64,000 nt of DNA from a virus (taxonomy: Duplodnaviria > Heunggongvirae > Uroviricota > Caudoviricetes). Shown one piece after another: positions 55,234-64,000 of this stretch. A program made the position numbers and the translations under genes. The notes beneath the pieces are model-generated. The model was not told where the DNA came from and ran no database searches. It saw nothing but the letters and a program-made list of their open reading frames with translations. Every line of letters starts with the position of its first letter. The stretch's first letter is position 1. The DNA lies in the IMG/VR virus record IMGVR_UViG_3300028797_000096, positions 77,860 to 141,859 of that record. The stretch is one strand, 5' to 3'.

Positions 55234-57810
55234 ATGGCTAAACTTATAATCGGTGAGTCTAATCCAATCCCAGCTAAAATTTTAGAGCAAAAAGTTCCTT
55301 TGCCTTTTAGTGAAATCTCTTCAAACTATGAAGTAGTAGAAGGTAAGTTGTGTAAAAGAACTACTTCAACAGAAGAACTTTTATCTATTTGGCCCAAACC
55401 TGGTGATATGGAAGGAGTTACCAATTTAGGTGAAGGTGTATTTAAAGATGCGGCAAAAAATTGGACAGCGAATCAGCGAGATGCTCTTACAAAGATAGAT
55501 TTTTCTTCTTTGACTAGTCTTACTAATAAAAATGTTTTATATGATGCATTTTATACAGGTCAATATCCAAATGTAACTGAAATTGATTTTTCAAATTTAA
55601 AAGAAATAAATGTAGAAGGGGCTACTGGTAATGCGAATGGTACTTTAAATTATACTTTTTATCAGTTACGTACGACTACTTATGGAAAACCAATAACTAT
55701 AAACTTTAATTCCTTAGAAAAAATAAAAGGTAAATATACTTGTTGGTATACTTTTTATGGATGTAAGGATTTATATTATGTGGATTTTCCTAAATTAAAA
55801 GAAATAACAACAGACGGAACAGGCAATGCAGCATATTATATGTTTAGTAACACAAAAGATTTAATAGAAGCTAGATTTGAAAGCTTAAAAAGAATTGAAG
55901 GTACTACGGGTCTCTTTGGTGGAGGAAATGCTTCTGGAATTCAAAAAATATATATGCCAGCTTTAAAGCAAATAGAAAATTCTAATGATATGTTTAAAAA
56001 CTGCGCAAATTTAACCGAAGTTGTTCTTGGTACTTCAGATTTGATTTTAGGACCTAGTCATGAGGGTATTAATGCAACAAATGGCTTATTTTATAATTGT
56101 ACAGGTTTAACCTCTATTAATTTAGATAGCGTAATAAAAATAGATGAAAGAGGAGCTTGTTGTGCGTTTAAACAATGCTCTAATTTACAGCATGTTAGTT
56201 TAGCTAACCTTAAAGAAATTGGACCGGCAGGTGGTTGGGAAATATTTCAATATTGTACATCTTTAACTTCTATAAGTTTTGATAGTTTGATGTTATTAAA
56301 GGATAATCAAGCATTATATTTAGCATTTAGAGGATGTACAAGTTTAACAGATATATATTTTCCTAAATTAGGTGATATAGATGCTCCTGCTGTTGAAGGT
56401 TTAGTTGAAGATTGTACAGATGTAAAAATACATTTTTCTAAAGATTTATATCCACTACTTATAAATAAATATGGAGATTGGTTTATTGAAAATTTATTAG
56501 CTAGGGTAAGTGGAACAAATACTTCACTTTTATTTGATTTACCTGAATTAGAAAAAGTAAAGGTTACAATTTTAGCAGATTTTGTTAAAAGAAGTTATAC
56601 TACTACAAATACATTTTGTAAGACTATTATATATAATAGAGAAACTGATTTTTATGAAGAATCAAGTAATGTTGATATCGTATATGATGATAATTTAGGT
56701 TGTGGAGTAAGTACAATTGAAATATTTAAGGATAAGTTAACTGAGCAAACAGAATTATATATACATAAAACTGATAAAACAAATTATAGTATGTATAGAT
56801 TAGAAGAAGCTTTTATTACTATAAAATTACCTCATGAAAAAGGTACTCCTTGGGAAAATAATATAGAAGTAGATTTACGTGCGGCAACAAGACCTTTTGA
56901 TTTAAAATGTATAAGTATTGAAGTAGGCAATGAAGATATTGTACATGGTCAAGGTGGATTTATGGTTGGGCCTAACTTAGGTACTGATAGAATAATAGCA
57001 TATGATGGTCATCCTGCTACTAATAATTATCGTACATTTTATGTTGGTCATACAACAAATGATTCTGATTTATATATATATTATAATTTGAGTCCAAGAG
57101 ATACGTATAACTATGAGTATTTAGAGTCTTATCCATACGCATATAGTGTTAAAACTCCTCAACCTCTTTTACTTAATTTTCCTGAATATACAATTCATTC
57201 AGATTGGACCGCTAATGATTTTATAGTAGTTACAACATTTTCACCTAGCGAAGCAGGCGAATGGTGGTCACTTGCAGAAAGAATTGAAGGGGCTAGCACG
57301 CCTGTAATGTTAGCTAAATTCTGTTGTACTGATGGAAGTATAAATTCGAGTTTTAGATCAGTAAATTTGTCTAATTGTATTTCTGATAATTTATTTAAAC
57401 ATGGTACAAAATTACAAATAGACATTGATAGTAGATTTGAACATTATCCAGAATTAGATGATGCTTTAGTTTATATGGGTTTAGTAAAAGAACCTAATAG
57501 AAATTATACATACAATGAAGTTGTTCAATTACAGTGGTCAAATTTATTCTATCATTCGACTGCAATTTTAGATTCTCAATTTGCTGGTACTGTTAGTAAT
57601 GGGGAAATATGGTCTCCTGATGTTCCGGGTGAAGGAAAGTATGTAGGCATGTCACATTCATTTTGTATAACTAAAGAAGCTTTATTATTACAAGGTTGGG
57701 TAGAGGGTGATCCATTATGGCTACAAATTGGTCAATGTAATGCTTCTAATGTACAAGATCCAGCGTCGATACAACTTTATATAAAAAATATTTTAATAAG
57801 GGAAGATTAA
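55234..57810 (+). CDS. BspA-type leucine-rich-repeat (LRR_5) receptor-binding-like protein
   Basis: 858 aa; about 12 repeats of the F..C..L..I.FP.L..I pattern (e.g. YMFSNTKDLIEARFESLKRIEG, MFKNCANLTEVVLG); N-terminus MAKLI shared with the next gene. Confidence 0.6.
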   Translation: MAKLIIGESNPIPAKILEQKVPLPFSEISSNYEVVEGKLCKRTTSTEELLSIWPKPGDMEGVTNLGEGVFKDAAKNWTANQRDALTKIDFSSLTSLTNKNVLYDAFYTGQYPNVTEIDFSNLKEINVEGATGNANGTLNYTFYQLRTTTYGKPITINFNSLEKIKGKYTCWYTFYGCKDLYYVDFPKLKEITTDGTGNAAYYMFSNTKDLIEARFESLKRIEGTTGLFGGGNASGIQKIYMPALKQIENSNDMFKNCANLTEVVLGTSDLILGPSHEGINATNGLFYNCTGLTSINLDSVIKIDERGACCAFKQCSNLQHVSLANLKEIGPAGGWEIFQYCTSLTSISFDSLMLLKDNQALYLAFRGCTSLTDIYFPKLGDIDAPAVEGLVEDCTDVKIHFSKDLYPLLINKYGDWFIENLLARVSGTNTSLLFDLPELEKVKVTILADFVKRSYTTTNTFCKTIIYNRETDFYEESSNVDIVYDDNLGCGVSTIEIFKDKLTEQTELYIHKTDKTNYSMYRLEEAFITIKLPHEKGTPWENNIEVDLRAATRPFDLKCISIEVGNEDIVHGQGGFMVGPNLGTDRIIAYDGHPATNNYRTFYVGHTTNDSDLYIYYNLSPRDTYNYEYLESYPYAYSVKTPQPLLLNFPEYTIHSDWTANDFIVVTTFSPSEAGEWWSLAERIEGASTPVMLAKFCCTDGSINSSFRSVNLSNCISDNLFKHGTKLQIDIDSRFEHYPELDDALVYMGLVKEPNRNYTYNEVVQLQWSNLFYHSTAILDSQFAGTVSNGEIWSPDVPGEGKYVGMSHSFCITKEALLLQGWVEGDPLWLQIGQCNASNVQDPASIQLYIKNILIRED

Positions 57811-57811
57811 G

Positions 57812-60241
57812 ATGGCTAAATTAATAAATGATGATTCTGTACAGACTTTAATTAAAAATCTTAATGTACCTACACATATAAGTGGTACAAAACAGGTATA
57901 TCATGCAGATGAAAATGGCGTTTTAGTAGTAGGTCCTTCATATGAAGAGCTAGCTTCATCTATTTGGCCAGATTTTGATATGACAGGTGTTACTGATTTA
58001 GGTACAGAAGTATTTTATAGTGTATATGATAAGATAACTGATCCTAGTATTAGGAAAATTAATTTATCTTCTTTAACAAGTATTACCGGGGATAAATGTT
58101 TAACTTATGCATTTAGAAGCAATTCTAGTACACCTGGTTGTTATAATATTTCAGATATTGATTTTTCAAATGTAGTTACTATAGCAAATACAGGAACTAC
58201 TAATTATGGGCCATTAGAAGGAGCTTTTCAGTATTTTCATAATAATACTTCAGGAGTACCTGTAAGACTACGCTTTGATAATTTACAAGAAATTACAGGT
58301 GCTTATGCAATATCTCAAGCTTTTCAATATACCAGAGATATTTATGAATTATCTATGCCTAAATTAAAACGAATATCAACAGGAGCGCAAGTCGCAGCAA
58401 ATGCATTTAGTTATTGTTATAATTTACAAACAGTAAATTTTGAGCATTTAGAATATATACAAAATGCATATAATATGTTTATGAGTTGTCCAGAATTAAC
58501 TAGTGTAACTTTAGATAATATAAGTTATATTGAAAATTGTTATGGTATGTTTAAAGGTTGTTCAAACTTAAATCACGTTGATTTTGGATCAGAAGCGGAT
58601 AATCTTACATTATATGACAATCACACTAGTGGTACTGCACCGACAAGCGTGACAGGAACTACTAATGGTATATTTGAAAATTGTTATTCTTTAGAGACGA
58701 TTGATTTAGAATATATACAATATATTGAAGAGCTAGGTGCAGTTGGAATATTTAAAAACTGTACTAGTTTAAAACATTATGATGATGAAGGATATGATAG
58801 ATGGGGACCTCTTGAATTTACTTCATTAAAAAGAATTGGTAAGAATGGATTAAATCTAGGTTTTTATGGATGTAGTAATACTCCAGCTATATATTTTAAT
58901 ATGCTTGATATAGTAGAATCATATGGATTACGTTTTGCTTTTGGTAATTGTACATCTCTAAGAGATGTATATTTTCCAAAATTAAGTGATTTCAATATAA
59001 ACTTTTTAGATCAAGCTTTTTATAATTGTGGTAATGTAAACGTTCATTTTTCATCTAGCTTAGCTAATAATCAAGATATATTAGATGCTATTGCTGCAGC
59101 TGGAGGTGAAAATATAAATGCAATATTTGATCAACCTGCATTACCTACCTTTAATGTAGTAATTTATACATATGAACCTGCACAAGATGGAATAGGTTTT
59201 ATATATAAAGGTAAAAATTATTCTAATAATTTTCAATCAGAATGGGATTCTGAACGGTCTTGTTATAAATTTTATCAATCTATTGTTTATTTAGGCGAAG
59301 ATGATAATATATATGTATATAATAAACGTACAATAGTTACAACACCTGGAGTAGTATGTATAAAAACAGTAAATAATGATAATTCTGATATGGAATTTGA
59401 TTTACGTGTTCCAGATCAAGATCCTAATTTAGTTACTGTAAATTGGCAAGCAAATCAGCTTGTTAATTCAATTTTATTTAATGTTTATAATACAGCTGGT
59501 ACGACACTTATATGTGGAAATGTATATGATATAACAGAAAGTACTAGTGGTGCATTTGGATATTTTACACCAAATTCTTTCTTAGTTGAAGGAGATTTTA
59601 CTACATCTACTGCGGGATATTTACCACAAAGTTATTCTATAATTCCAGCACCTGTTACAGGTGAATTAATCGATATTGCATTCCAACCTGTTGAAACTAT
59701 TATGACTATTACTGCTGCAGATTCTAATTTATTAACTCCAGCAATTGCAGAAGGTGATAAATGGTCTATAGAAAATCTTCAAGATTATACAACGAGTGAA
59801 TATGAAGATGTAATAAGAATACATCAAGACAGTTATGCAAAAGCCTGGGAAACTGCTAAAGGTATAGAATTTACTATGCCAAATAATATAGATAATTTTA
59901 TATTCACTATATATGCTAATGCAGATAGTGAAAAGAATTATGATTTTGGATATATTGCTTTAAGAAATACAATAAGTACTATACCAGCAACCACTGGTAA
60001 TGCAAATGGTACAAATGTTAAATATTGGAAAGATTCTTTAGGTATATTACTTATGAAAGATACAGATAATCATAATGGTTGTAATATTCAAGAATGGAGT
60101 GCAACAGCTACTAGAAGTCAAATTGAATCACTTTTAGGTAGTGGTCCATATTATATACAGATAGGATTTAGCCAAGATAGTAGTACTACTAAATGGACAA
60201 ATTCTTTCTATGTAAAAGAAATAAAAGTCCAAGGTTATTAA
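57812..60241 (+). CDS. BspA-type LRR (LRR_5) receptor-binding-like protein, paralog
   Basis: 809 aa; same repeat architecture (AFSYCYNLQTVNFEHLEYIQNAYNMFMSCPELTSVTLDNISYIENCYGMFKGCSNLNHVDF). Confidence 0.6.
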   Translation: MAKLINDDSVQTLIKNLNVPTHISGTKQVYHADENGVLVVGPSYEELASSIWPDFDMTGVTDLGTEVFYSVYDKITDPSIRKINLSSLTSITGDKCLTYAFRSNSSTPGCYNISDIDFSNVVTIANTGTTNYGPLEGAFQYFHNNTSGVPVRLRFDNLQEITGAYAISQAFQYTRDIYELSMPKLKRISTGAQVAANAFSYCYNLQTVNFEHLEYIQNAYNMFMSCPELTSVTLDNISYIENCYGMFKGCSNLNHVDFGSEADNLTLYDNHTSGTAPTSVTGTTNGIFENCYSLETIDLEYIQYIEELGAVGIFKNCTSLKHYDDEGYDRWGPLEFTSLKRIGKNGLNLGFYGCSNTPAIYFNMLDIVESYGLRFAFGNCTSLRDVYFPKLSDFNINFLDQAFYNCGNVNVHFSSSLANNQDILDAIAAAGGENINAIFDQPALPTFNVVIYTYEPAQDGIGFIYKGKNYSNNFQSEWDSERSCYKFYQSIVYLGEDDNIYVYNKRTIVTTPGVVCIKTVNNDNSDMEFDLRVPDQDPNLVTVNWQANQLVNSILFNVYNTAGTTLICGNVYDITESTSGAFGYFTPNSFLVEGDFTTSTAGYLPQSYSIIPAPVTGELIDIAFQPVETIMTITAADSNLLTPAIAEGDKWSIENLQDYTTSEYEDVIRIHQDSYAKAWETAKGIEFTMPNNIDNFIFTIYANADSEKNYDFGYIALRNTISTIPATTGNANGTNVKYWKDSLGILLMKDTDNHNGCNIQEWSATATRSQIESLLGSGPYYIQIGFSQDSSTTKWTNSFYVKEIKVQGY

Positions 60242-60304
60242 AGAAAATTAAACAAAATAAAACAAGTTCTAACTATAGAATAATAAAGTGAAGGAAAGTA
60301 GAAA

Positions 60305-62365
60305 ATGCCAAATACATATACAGATACCGCAGTTGCAAGTCTTGTTATAAACAAGATGACTCAAGAACAGTATGATGCTTTAGCTGAAAAATCAGATACA
60401 GAGTTATATTTGATTGATGGTGGTGAAACTGCAGTTTATGCAGAACAAATGATAGAAATGCCTAATGCTGAAGCTGCTAAATTGGGTAATATTATACAAT
60501 ATGCAGGTTTAACTGATCAAGATTACACAAATGGTTATTTCTATAAATGTAATATTACAAGTGGTTCACCGGCATCTGTTACTATAACACAAACGATAGG
60601 TAGTAGTTTAAGTGATTTAGCGGTTAATATTACTACTTTTGAAAACTATGTGCACCCTTCTGGTGATGAAACAATTGATTTTGAATATGTAGTAATACCT
60701 GGTACAATGAATTGTGTAGATACAGCAGGTGAAATAGGAATTGCTTGTAATAATGTAGATGAATTTATTGCAGGACTTGCTACGGCGTGTGGTTATACAG
60801 TAGATCTTACAGTAGAAAATCTTAATGATTCTAATTCTATTTTTACCTATTATCCTAATAATGCATCAGATGAACGTTTGACTTGGAATATGGGTAATGG
60901 TAGTTGGCTTCCAGACACATTGTTAGCTTATTTTAGTTTTGCTGAAACACCTTTAAATGATATTAGTTGGACTACTTCTCCAGTTACACAAGGTTCCTAT
61001 TATTGGAGTGATGGTTTTGATGAAGTAAATCTACTTAATTATGGTATTGTATATTCAGGTACTCCAGTAGGTGGTGATGAAATTGAAGTAGATTATGTTG
61101 CTTCAACAGCTGTGTATAGTTGGGTACAGCTTAATGTACAACCGGGCGTAACAGTTGTAGATAATTATGGTTCAACTTCTACTACTTCTGCCTTGTCTGC
61201 AAATATGGGTCATGATTTAAATGAACGTTTAACTTCAGTTGAAGGTCGTGGTCGTTATTTGTCAACTTGGGATTGTACAACTGGTTTAGCCGGAACAAAT
61301 CCACCGGAATCTCCATATACATATAAAGCAGGTGATTATTTTATTGTAAGTACTGTTGGTGTTACAAATTATAAACCAAGTGGTAGTAGTTATACAACTG
61401 GTGTAGCTTCCTCTACTGTTGAAACAGGTACAGTTAAAATAAATGATACATATCAATTTGATGGAACAAATTGGACATTATTAAATAATACAGCTGGTGA
61501 TGTATTACCTTCACAATCTGGAAATAGCGGTAAGTTCTTAACAACTGATGGGACAACAACAAGTTGGGGTGAAGCATTAGTTAATAAAAGATTAGCTTCT
61601 CAAACTGGTGATTTAGTAATTGGTGATAATGCTTCCGCAAATGGTGCGCAAGAAGGTGCTACAGCTGTTGGTCAATACGCACAAAGCGGTTCAAAAGGTA
61701 CATCGGTTGGATATGCTGCATCAGCAAGTTCTCGTGGTACAGCTATTGGTAATAATGCACAAACAACTGATACTTATGCTACAGCTATTGGTATGAGTGC
61801 TAAAGCTACTGCAACTAATGCAATCCAATTAGGTGTTGGTGCAAACGGTGCAGATGTAACTAATGCTAATGCAAATACATTTAAAGTCGGTAATGCAAAC
61901 GGTAATTTTGAATTGATGAGTGCAGACGGTACAATTCCAGAGGCTCGTTTAGCAAGTATGAGTGGTGTTAGTGCAGGTCAAGGCTTAGTATTAGATAATA
62001 ATTTAAATGCAGTATGGGGAAACATTGATCCATTACCATCACAATCTGGTCATGCTGGTAAAGTATTAACTACAAATGGTGTATATACATCTTGGACAGA
62101 ATTAATTAAGTCTCCAACTACTGCTCCTGTATTATTAGGCGGTACTGGTGCAGGTGCTTGGGATAGTAGTACAAATACTCAAACTGTAACAGTACAAGGA
62201 GTAACCTCTACTAATGCTATCTTTATTAGTCCAGCACCCGCAAGTTCATTGGATTATGCAACAGCCGGGGTGATTTGTACAAATCAAAATTTAAATAGTT
62301 TAACATTTAGTTGCAATACAATACCTGTAAATGATCTTACTGTTAATGTAGTAATTTTAGGATAA
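60305..62365 (+). CDS. tail fibre protein with YadA/Hep_Hag-like alanine-glycine repeats
   Basis: 686 aa; LPSQSGNSGKFLTTDGTTTSW and PLPSQSGHAGKVLTTNGVYTSW motifs; ATAVGQYAQSGSKGTSVGYAASASSRGTAIGNNAQTTDTYATAIGMSAKATATNAIQLG head-like repeats. Confidence 0.65.
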   Translation: MPNTYTDTAVASLVINKMTQEQYDALAEKSDTELYLIDGGETAVYAEQMIEMPNAEAAKLGNIIQYAGLTDQDYTNGYFYKCNITSGSPASVTITQTIGSSLSDLAVNITTFENYVHPSGDETIDFEYVVIPGTMNCVDTAGEIGIACNNVDEFIAGLATACGYTVDLTVENLNDSNSIFTYYPNNASDERLTWNMGNGSWLPDTLLAYFSFAETPLNDISWTTSPVTQGSYYWSDGFDEVNLLNYGIVYSGTPVGGDEIEVDYVASTAVYSWVQLNVQPGVTVVDNYGSTSTTSALSANMGHDLNERLTSVEGRGRYLSTWDCTTGLAGTNPPESPYTYKAGDYFIVSTVGVTNYKPSGSSYTTGVASSTVETGTVKINDTYQFDGTNWTLLNNTAGDVLPSQSGNSGKFLTTDGTTTSWGEALVNKRLASQTGDLVIGDNASANGAQEGATAVGQYAQSGSKGTSVGYAASASSRGTAIGNNAQTTDTYATAIGMSAKATATNAIQLGVGANGADVTNANANTFKVGNANGNFELMSADGTIPEARLASMSGVSAGQGLVLDNNLNAVWGNIDPLPSQSGHAGKVLTTNGVYTSWTELIKSPTTAPVLLGGTGAGAWDSSTNTQTVTVQGVTSTNAIFISPAPASSLDYATAGVICTNQNLNSLTFSCNTIPVNDLTVNVVILG

Positions 62366-62381
62366 ATAGGAGTATACAAAT

Positions 62382-62726
62382 ATGACACTTATAAATAGTT
62401 ATGTAACAGCATATACACAAGATATACAAGTTACTACAATGCCTACGGCAAATGCTGATAATTTAGGTAGAGTAGTACAATTCGTAGGTACTACTACTAG
62501 TACTTATACAAATGGATACTTCTATGAATGTGTTTCAGATGGTGATCCTACACCTACATATTCTTGGACACAACTAGATGTACAACCTGCATCTGGTGGA
62601 TCTCCATTACCAAGTCAAACAGGTCAAGCAGGTAAATTCTTAGTAACAGATGGTACTAATGCATCTTGGAGTGATGTAACAAATAGATCTAAAGTTACTT
62701 TAAGAACATGGTCAGATCAACAATAG
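62382..62726 (+). CDS. short fibre-module protein (partial paralog of 60305 fibre)
   Basis: TNGYFYEC and YSWTQLDVQP match TNGYFYKC / YSWVQLNVQP of the 60305 protein; one PLPSQTGQAGKFLVTDGTNASW repeat. Confidence 0.55.
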   Translation: MTLINSYVTAYTQDIQVTTMPTANADNLGRVVQFVGTTTSTYTNGYFYECVSDGDPTPTYSWTQLDVQPASGGSPLPSQTGQAGKFLVTDGTNASWSDVTNRSKVTLRTWSDQQ

Positions 62727-62916
62727 CATATATATTTAGGAAATAAAATATGCTTAGCTATTTAGCACATGGTACAAAAAGAGTTTCTCTAGCAACTATT
62801 ATTAAAGTACTCACTATACCTGCTGGTGTAGCATCTCGTATAGTACAAAATTGAGTAGTAATAGGCTCAGTTTGAAATAATAAAAATTTTAAAATAAAGA
62901 TATAGGAGTAATAGAT

Positions 62917-64000
62917 ATGGGAAAACTTATGATGGGAACTTCAGCAATAGCACCCGCAGTAACTTATGTGCAAGAAGTTGAAGGTATGCCTTCCTATATT
63001 CCAACCTCTAAGGGTTATACTTTTGATAATAATACTTTAACTAGTTATGATTTATTACACAATCAATATAGTACTTATCCAGCTAAAGATATTGGAACAG
63101 ATATTTTATCTCGTGCATTTTCTAAAGAATCTTCAAATGAAATGGGGGAAGTTAGTTTTAATGGTGATCCTAATTTAGTAGCTGTAGATTTGGATTCTTT
63201 ACTTACAGTTACTGGTGATAGAGCAATGTATGCAGCTTTTGCAGCTTGTGAAAATTTGGCTACTATTTCTATTGCAAATTTAAAATCTATAAAAGCAGAT
63301 TCGGTATTTGCAAGGGCTTTTTGTGGTACTTGGCAATATATGGATGAAGAAACTTGGGAAGAAAAGCCTGGTATTCATCCTGCATATACATCTTTAAGTT
63401 TTCCTGAATTAGAAGAAATTGAAGGAGATAATGTATTTGAATATACATTTTGGTGTTGTGAAAATTTAACAAGTGTTACCTTTCCTAAGTTAAAAAAGAT
63501 CACCGGTGATTGGGTATTTAAATATACATTTGGTTATTCACAAATACCTTCGATTGAATTTACAAGTTTAGAAGAAGTAAATGGAGACCGTGTATTTAGT
63601 TCTGCATTCGTATATAGCGGACAAACTTCACCTGCAACTGGAGGTAAAACAGGTCCTGCAATTAGAGTTACTTATCCTGCATTAAAGAAAGTAACAGGTG
63701 ACTATACAATGTATAATACGTATAGTTATCGTGGTTCAGATATTACTACTTTTGCATTACCTAATCTTCAATATGTAGAAGGTACCTGTGCAATGGGATC
63801 TCTTGCTTCTAATAATGTAAATTTAGTTAATGTAGACTTAGGTAAACTTGAAACCGTTAAAGGTGATAATGCAATGTCATATTTCTTTTCGGGTTGTACA
63901 AGTTTAACTGAGATATCGTTTCCATCATTAAAGAATGACTTTGGTACATATAAAACTCAATTTAACAAGATGTTAAATAATTGCACAGGTGTAACAGTAC
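62917..64000 (+). CDS. BspA-type LRR protein (third paralog, runs off window end)
   Basis: ORF open from ATG 62917 (MGKLMMG...) to the window end; repeats such as AAFAACENLATISIANLKSI, FWCCENLTSVTFPKLKKI, FSGCTSLTEISFPSLKN; SD ataggag. Confidence 0.55.
   Translation, partial: MGKLMMGTSAIAPAVTYVQEVEGMPSYIPTSKGYTFDNNTLTSYDLLHNQYSTYPAKDIGTDILSRAFSKESSNEMGEVSFNGDPNLVAVDLDSLLTVTGDRAMYAAFAACENLATISIANLKSIKADSVFARAFCGTWQYMDEETWEEKPGIHPAYTSLSFPELEEIEGDNVFEYTFWCCENLTSVTFPKLKKITGDWVFKYTFGYSQIPSIEFTSLEEVNGDRVFSSAFVYSGQTSPATGGKTGPAIRVTYPALKKVTGDYTMYNTYSYRGSDITTFALPNLQYVEGTCAMGSLASNNVNLVNVDLGKLETVKGDNAMSYFFSGCTSLTEISFPSLKNDFGTYKTQFNKMLNNCTGVTV

Overview
This is a 64 kb stretch of a very AT-rich (about 70% AT), densely coding, almost entirely plus-strand dsDNA phage genome. 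The one long minus-strand gene (16716-18257) encodes a major capsid protein resembling T4 gp23, so this is a distant T4-like myovirus segment rather than a crAss-like or cellular locus. No terminase, portal or DNA polymerase lies in the window; it is mostly accessory.

Layout:
- 0-15 kb: small early-type genes, including a MoxR AAA+ ATPase and VWA pair and several paralogous gene families.
- 15.2-16.7 kb: an ORF-free stretch upstream of the reverse-oriented capsid gene that carries sigma70-like promoters, terminators and candidate small RNAs.
- 18.5-46 kb: accessory genes driven by a highly conserved promoter (TTTGCTTTAC-N17/18-TATAAT, at least 12 copies). They include HNH and T5orf172 nucleases, families of small paralogs, a protein with a sigma70 region-4 HTH, an SPFH plus M16 peptidase module, a Pnkp-like kinase/phosphoesterase, a secreted SNase-like nuclease, an L,D-transpeptidase-like protein, peptide deformylase, Nudix and HAD enzymes.
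- 46.1-52.4 kb: a tRNA island with 17 tRNA or tRNA-like genes. tRNA-Tyr(GUA) and tRNA-Leu(UAA) are each interrupted in the anticodon loop by a group I intron (Azoarcus / cyanobacterial tRNA-Leu type), and the second intron carries an HNH endonuclease ORF. The island also holds a frameshifted free-standing HNH gene, several ORF-free patches of higher GC that are candidate structured RNAs (one about 1.2 kb), an initiator tRNA and an acyl carrier protein gene.
- 53.8-64 kb: a tail-fibre / receptor-binding module. Its fibres share a repeated LPSQSGQxGKxLTTxG..SW motif, and it contains three large paralogous BspA-type leucine-rich-repeat proteins.

No CRISPR array, rRNA or integrase was seen. Coordinates of RNA features were derived by hand and should be confirmed with tRNAscan-SE, ARAGORN and Infernal.
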